Source: Camelus ferus (taxonomy: Eukaryota). From it: a stretch of DNA of 64,000 nt. This document shows, one piece after another, positions 63,625-64,000 of this stretch (positions are counted from its first letter, which is position 1; each line of letters opens with the position of its first letter). Location of the stretch: NCBI RefSeq assembly GCF_009834535.1, contig NC_045697.1:112098001-112162000 (forward strand), in the 5' to 3' direction. A program made the position numbers and the translations under genes. The notes under the pieces were generated by a model. The model saw nothing but the letters and a program-made list of their open reading frames with translations, was not told the DNA's origin and searched no databases.

Positions 63625-64000
63625 CTTGAATATCAATTGATCATAAAGGTGTGCATTCATTTCTGGGCCTTCAATTCTATTCCATTGATCTATATTCTCT
63701 ATTTTTATGCTGGCACCTTGCTGTTAAGTTACTAAAGCTTTGTAGTATAGTTTGAAAACAGATAATGTGATGCTTCCAGCTTTGTTCTTTTTGTTCTGAA
63801 TTGCTTTGACTATTCATAGTCTTCTGTGGTTCCATATGAATTTCAGGATTTTTTTTTAATCCAGTAAAATTTTGTTAGGTATTGGAATTTTAATGTGATT
63901 GCATTGAATCTGCAGATTGCTTGGGGCTTAGTATGGACATTTTGACAATATTAAGTCTTCCAATCTATTAACACTGGGTATGTTTGTATATATTTGTGTC
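63625..64000 (-). mobile_element. Old LINE-1 ORF2 fragment running off the window
   Basis: taatgtgatgcttccagctttgttcttttt...gattgcattgaatctgcagattgcttgggg. Confidence 0.88.

Noticed and set aside
1..64000. Host protein-coding gene, or a novel multi-gene system such as CRISPR, a defence island or an operon
   Set aside because: The sequence is eukaryotic and repeat-rich. No ORF resembles a cellular protein I recognise, and there is no CpG island, convincing exon or spacer array. Small exons cannot be excluded without alignment.

Overview
AT-rich, CpG-depleted mammalian DNA with no recognisable host gene, so it is intergenic or deep intronic. Three copies of the tRNA-derived camelid SINE (Vic-1 type, GGGTATAGCTCAGTGGTA...GGTTCAAT) point to a camel, alpaca, llama or vicuna genome. 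Much of the window is transposon relics. These include a near-full-length, frameshifted young LINE-1 (9655-15375, -), three older internally deleted LINE-1s (16923-21681, 37672-39685, 43703-48510, all +), many L1 3' ends, ERV1/ERVL/MaLR solo LTRs, MIR/L2 fragments, DNA-transposon MITEs and microsatellites. All recognisable ORFs in the track are L1 ORF1/ORF2 fragments. The rest are antisense shadows or chance ORFs. I see no new gene system. The most notable observations are retrotransposition oddities: (1) a 369-bp non-L1 insert with a polyA signal, A-rich tail and perfect 14-bp TSD inside an L1 (orphan transduction or retrocopy); (2) an L1 with a very short 5'UTR whose junction looks like a splice product (SpIRE-like); (3) an ORF2-less L1 derivative (HAL1-like). 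Repeat subfamily names are recalled from consensus sequences, not from a search, and boundaries are approximate.
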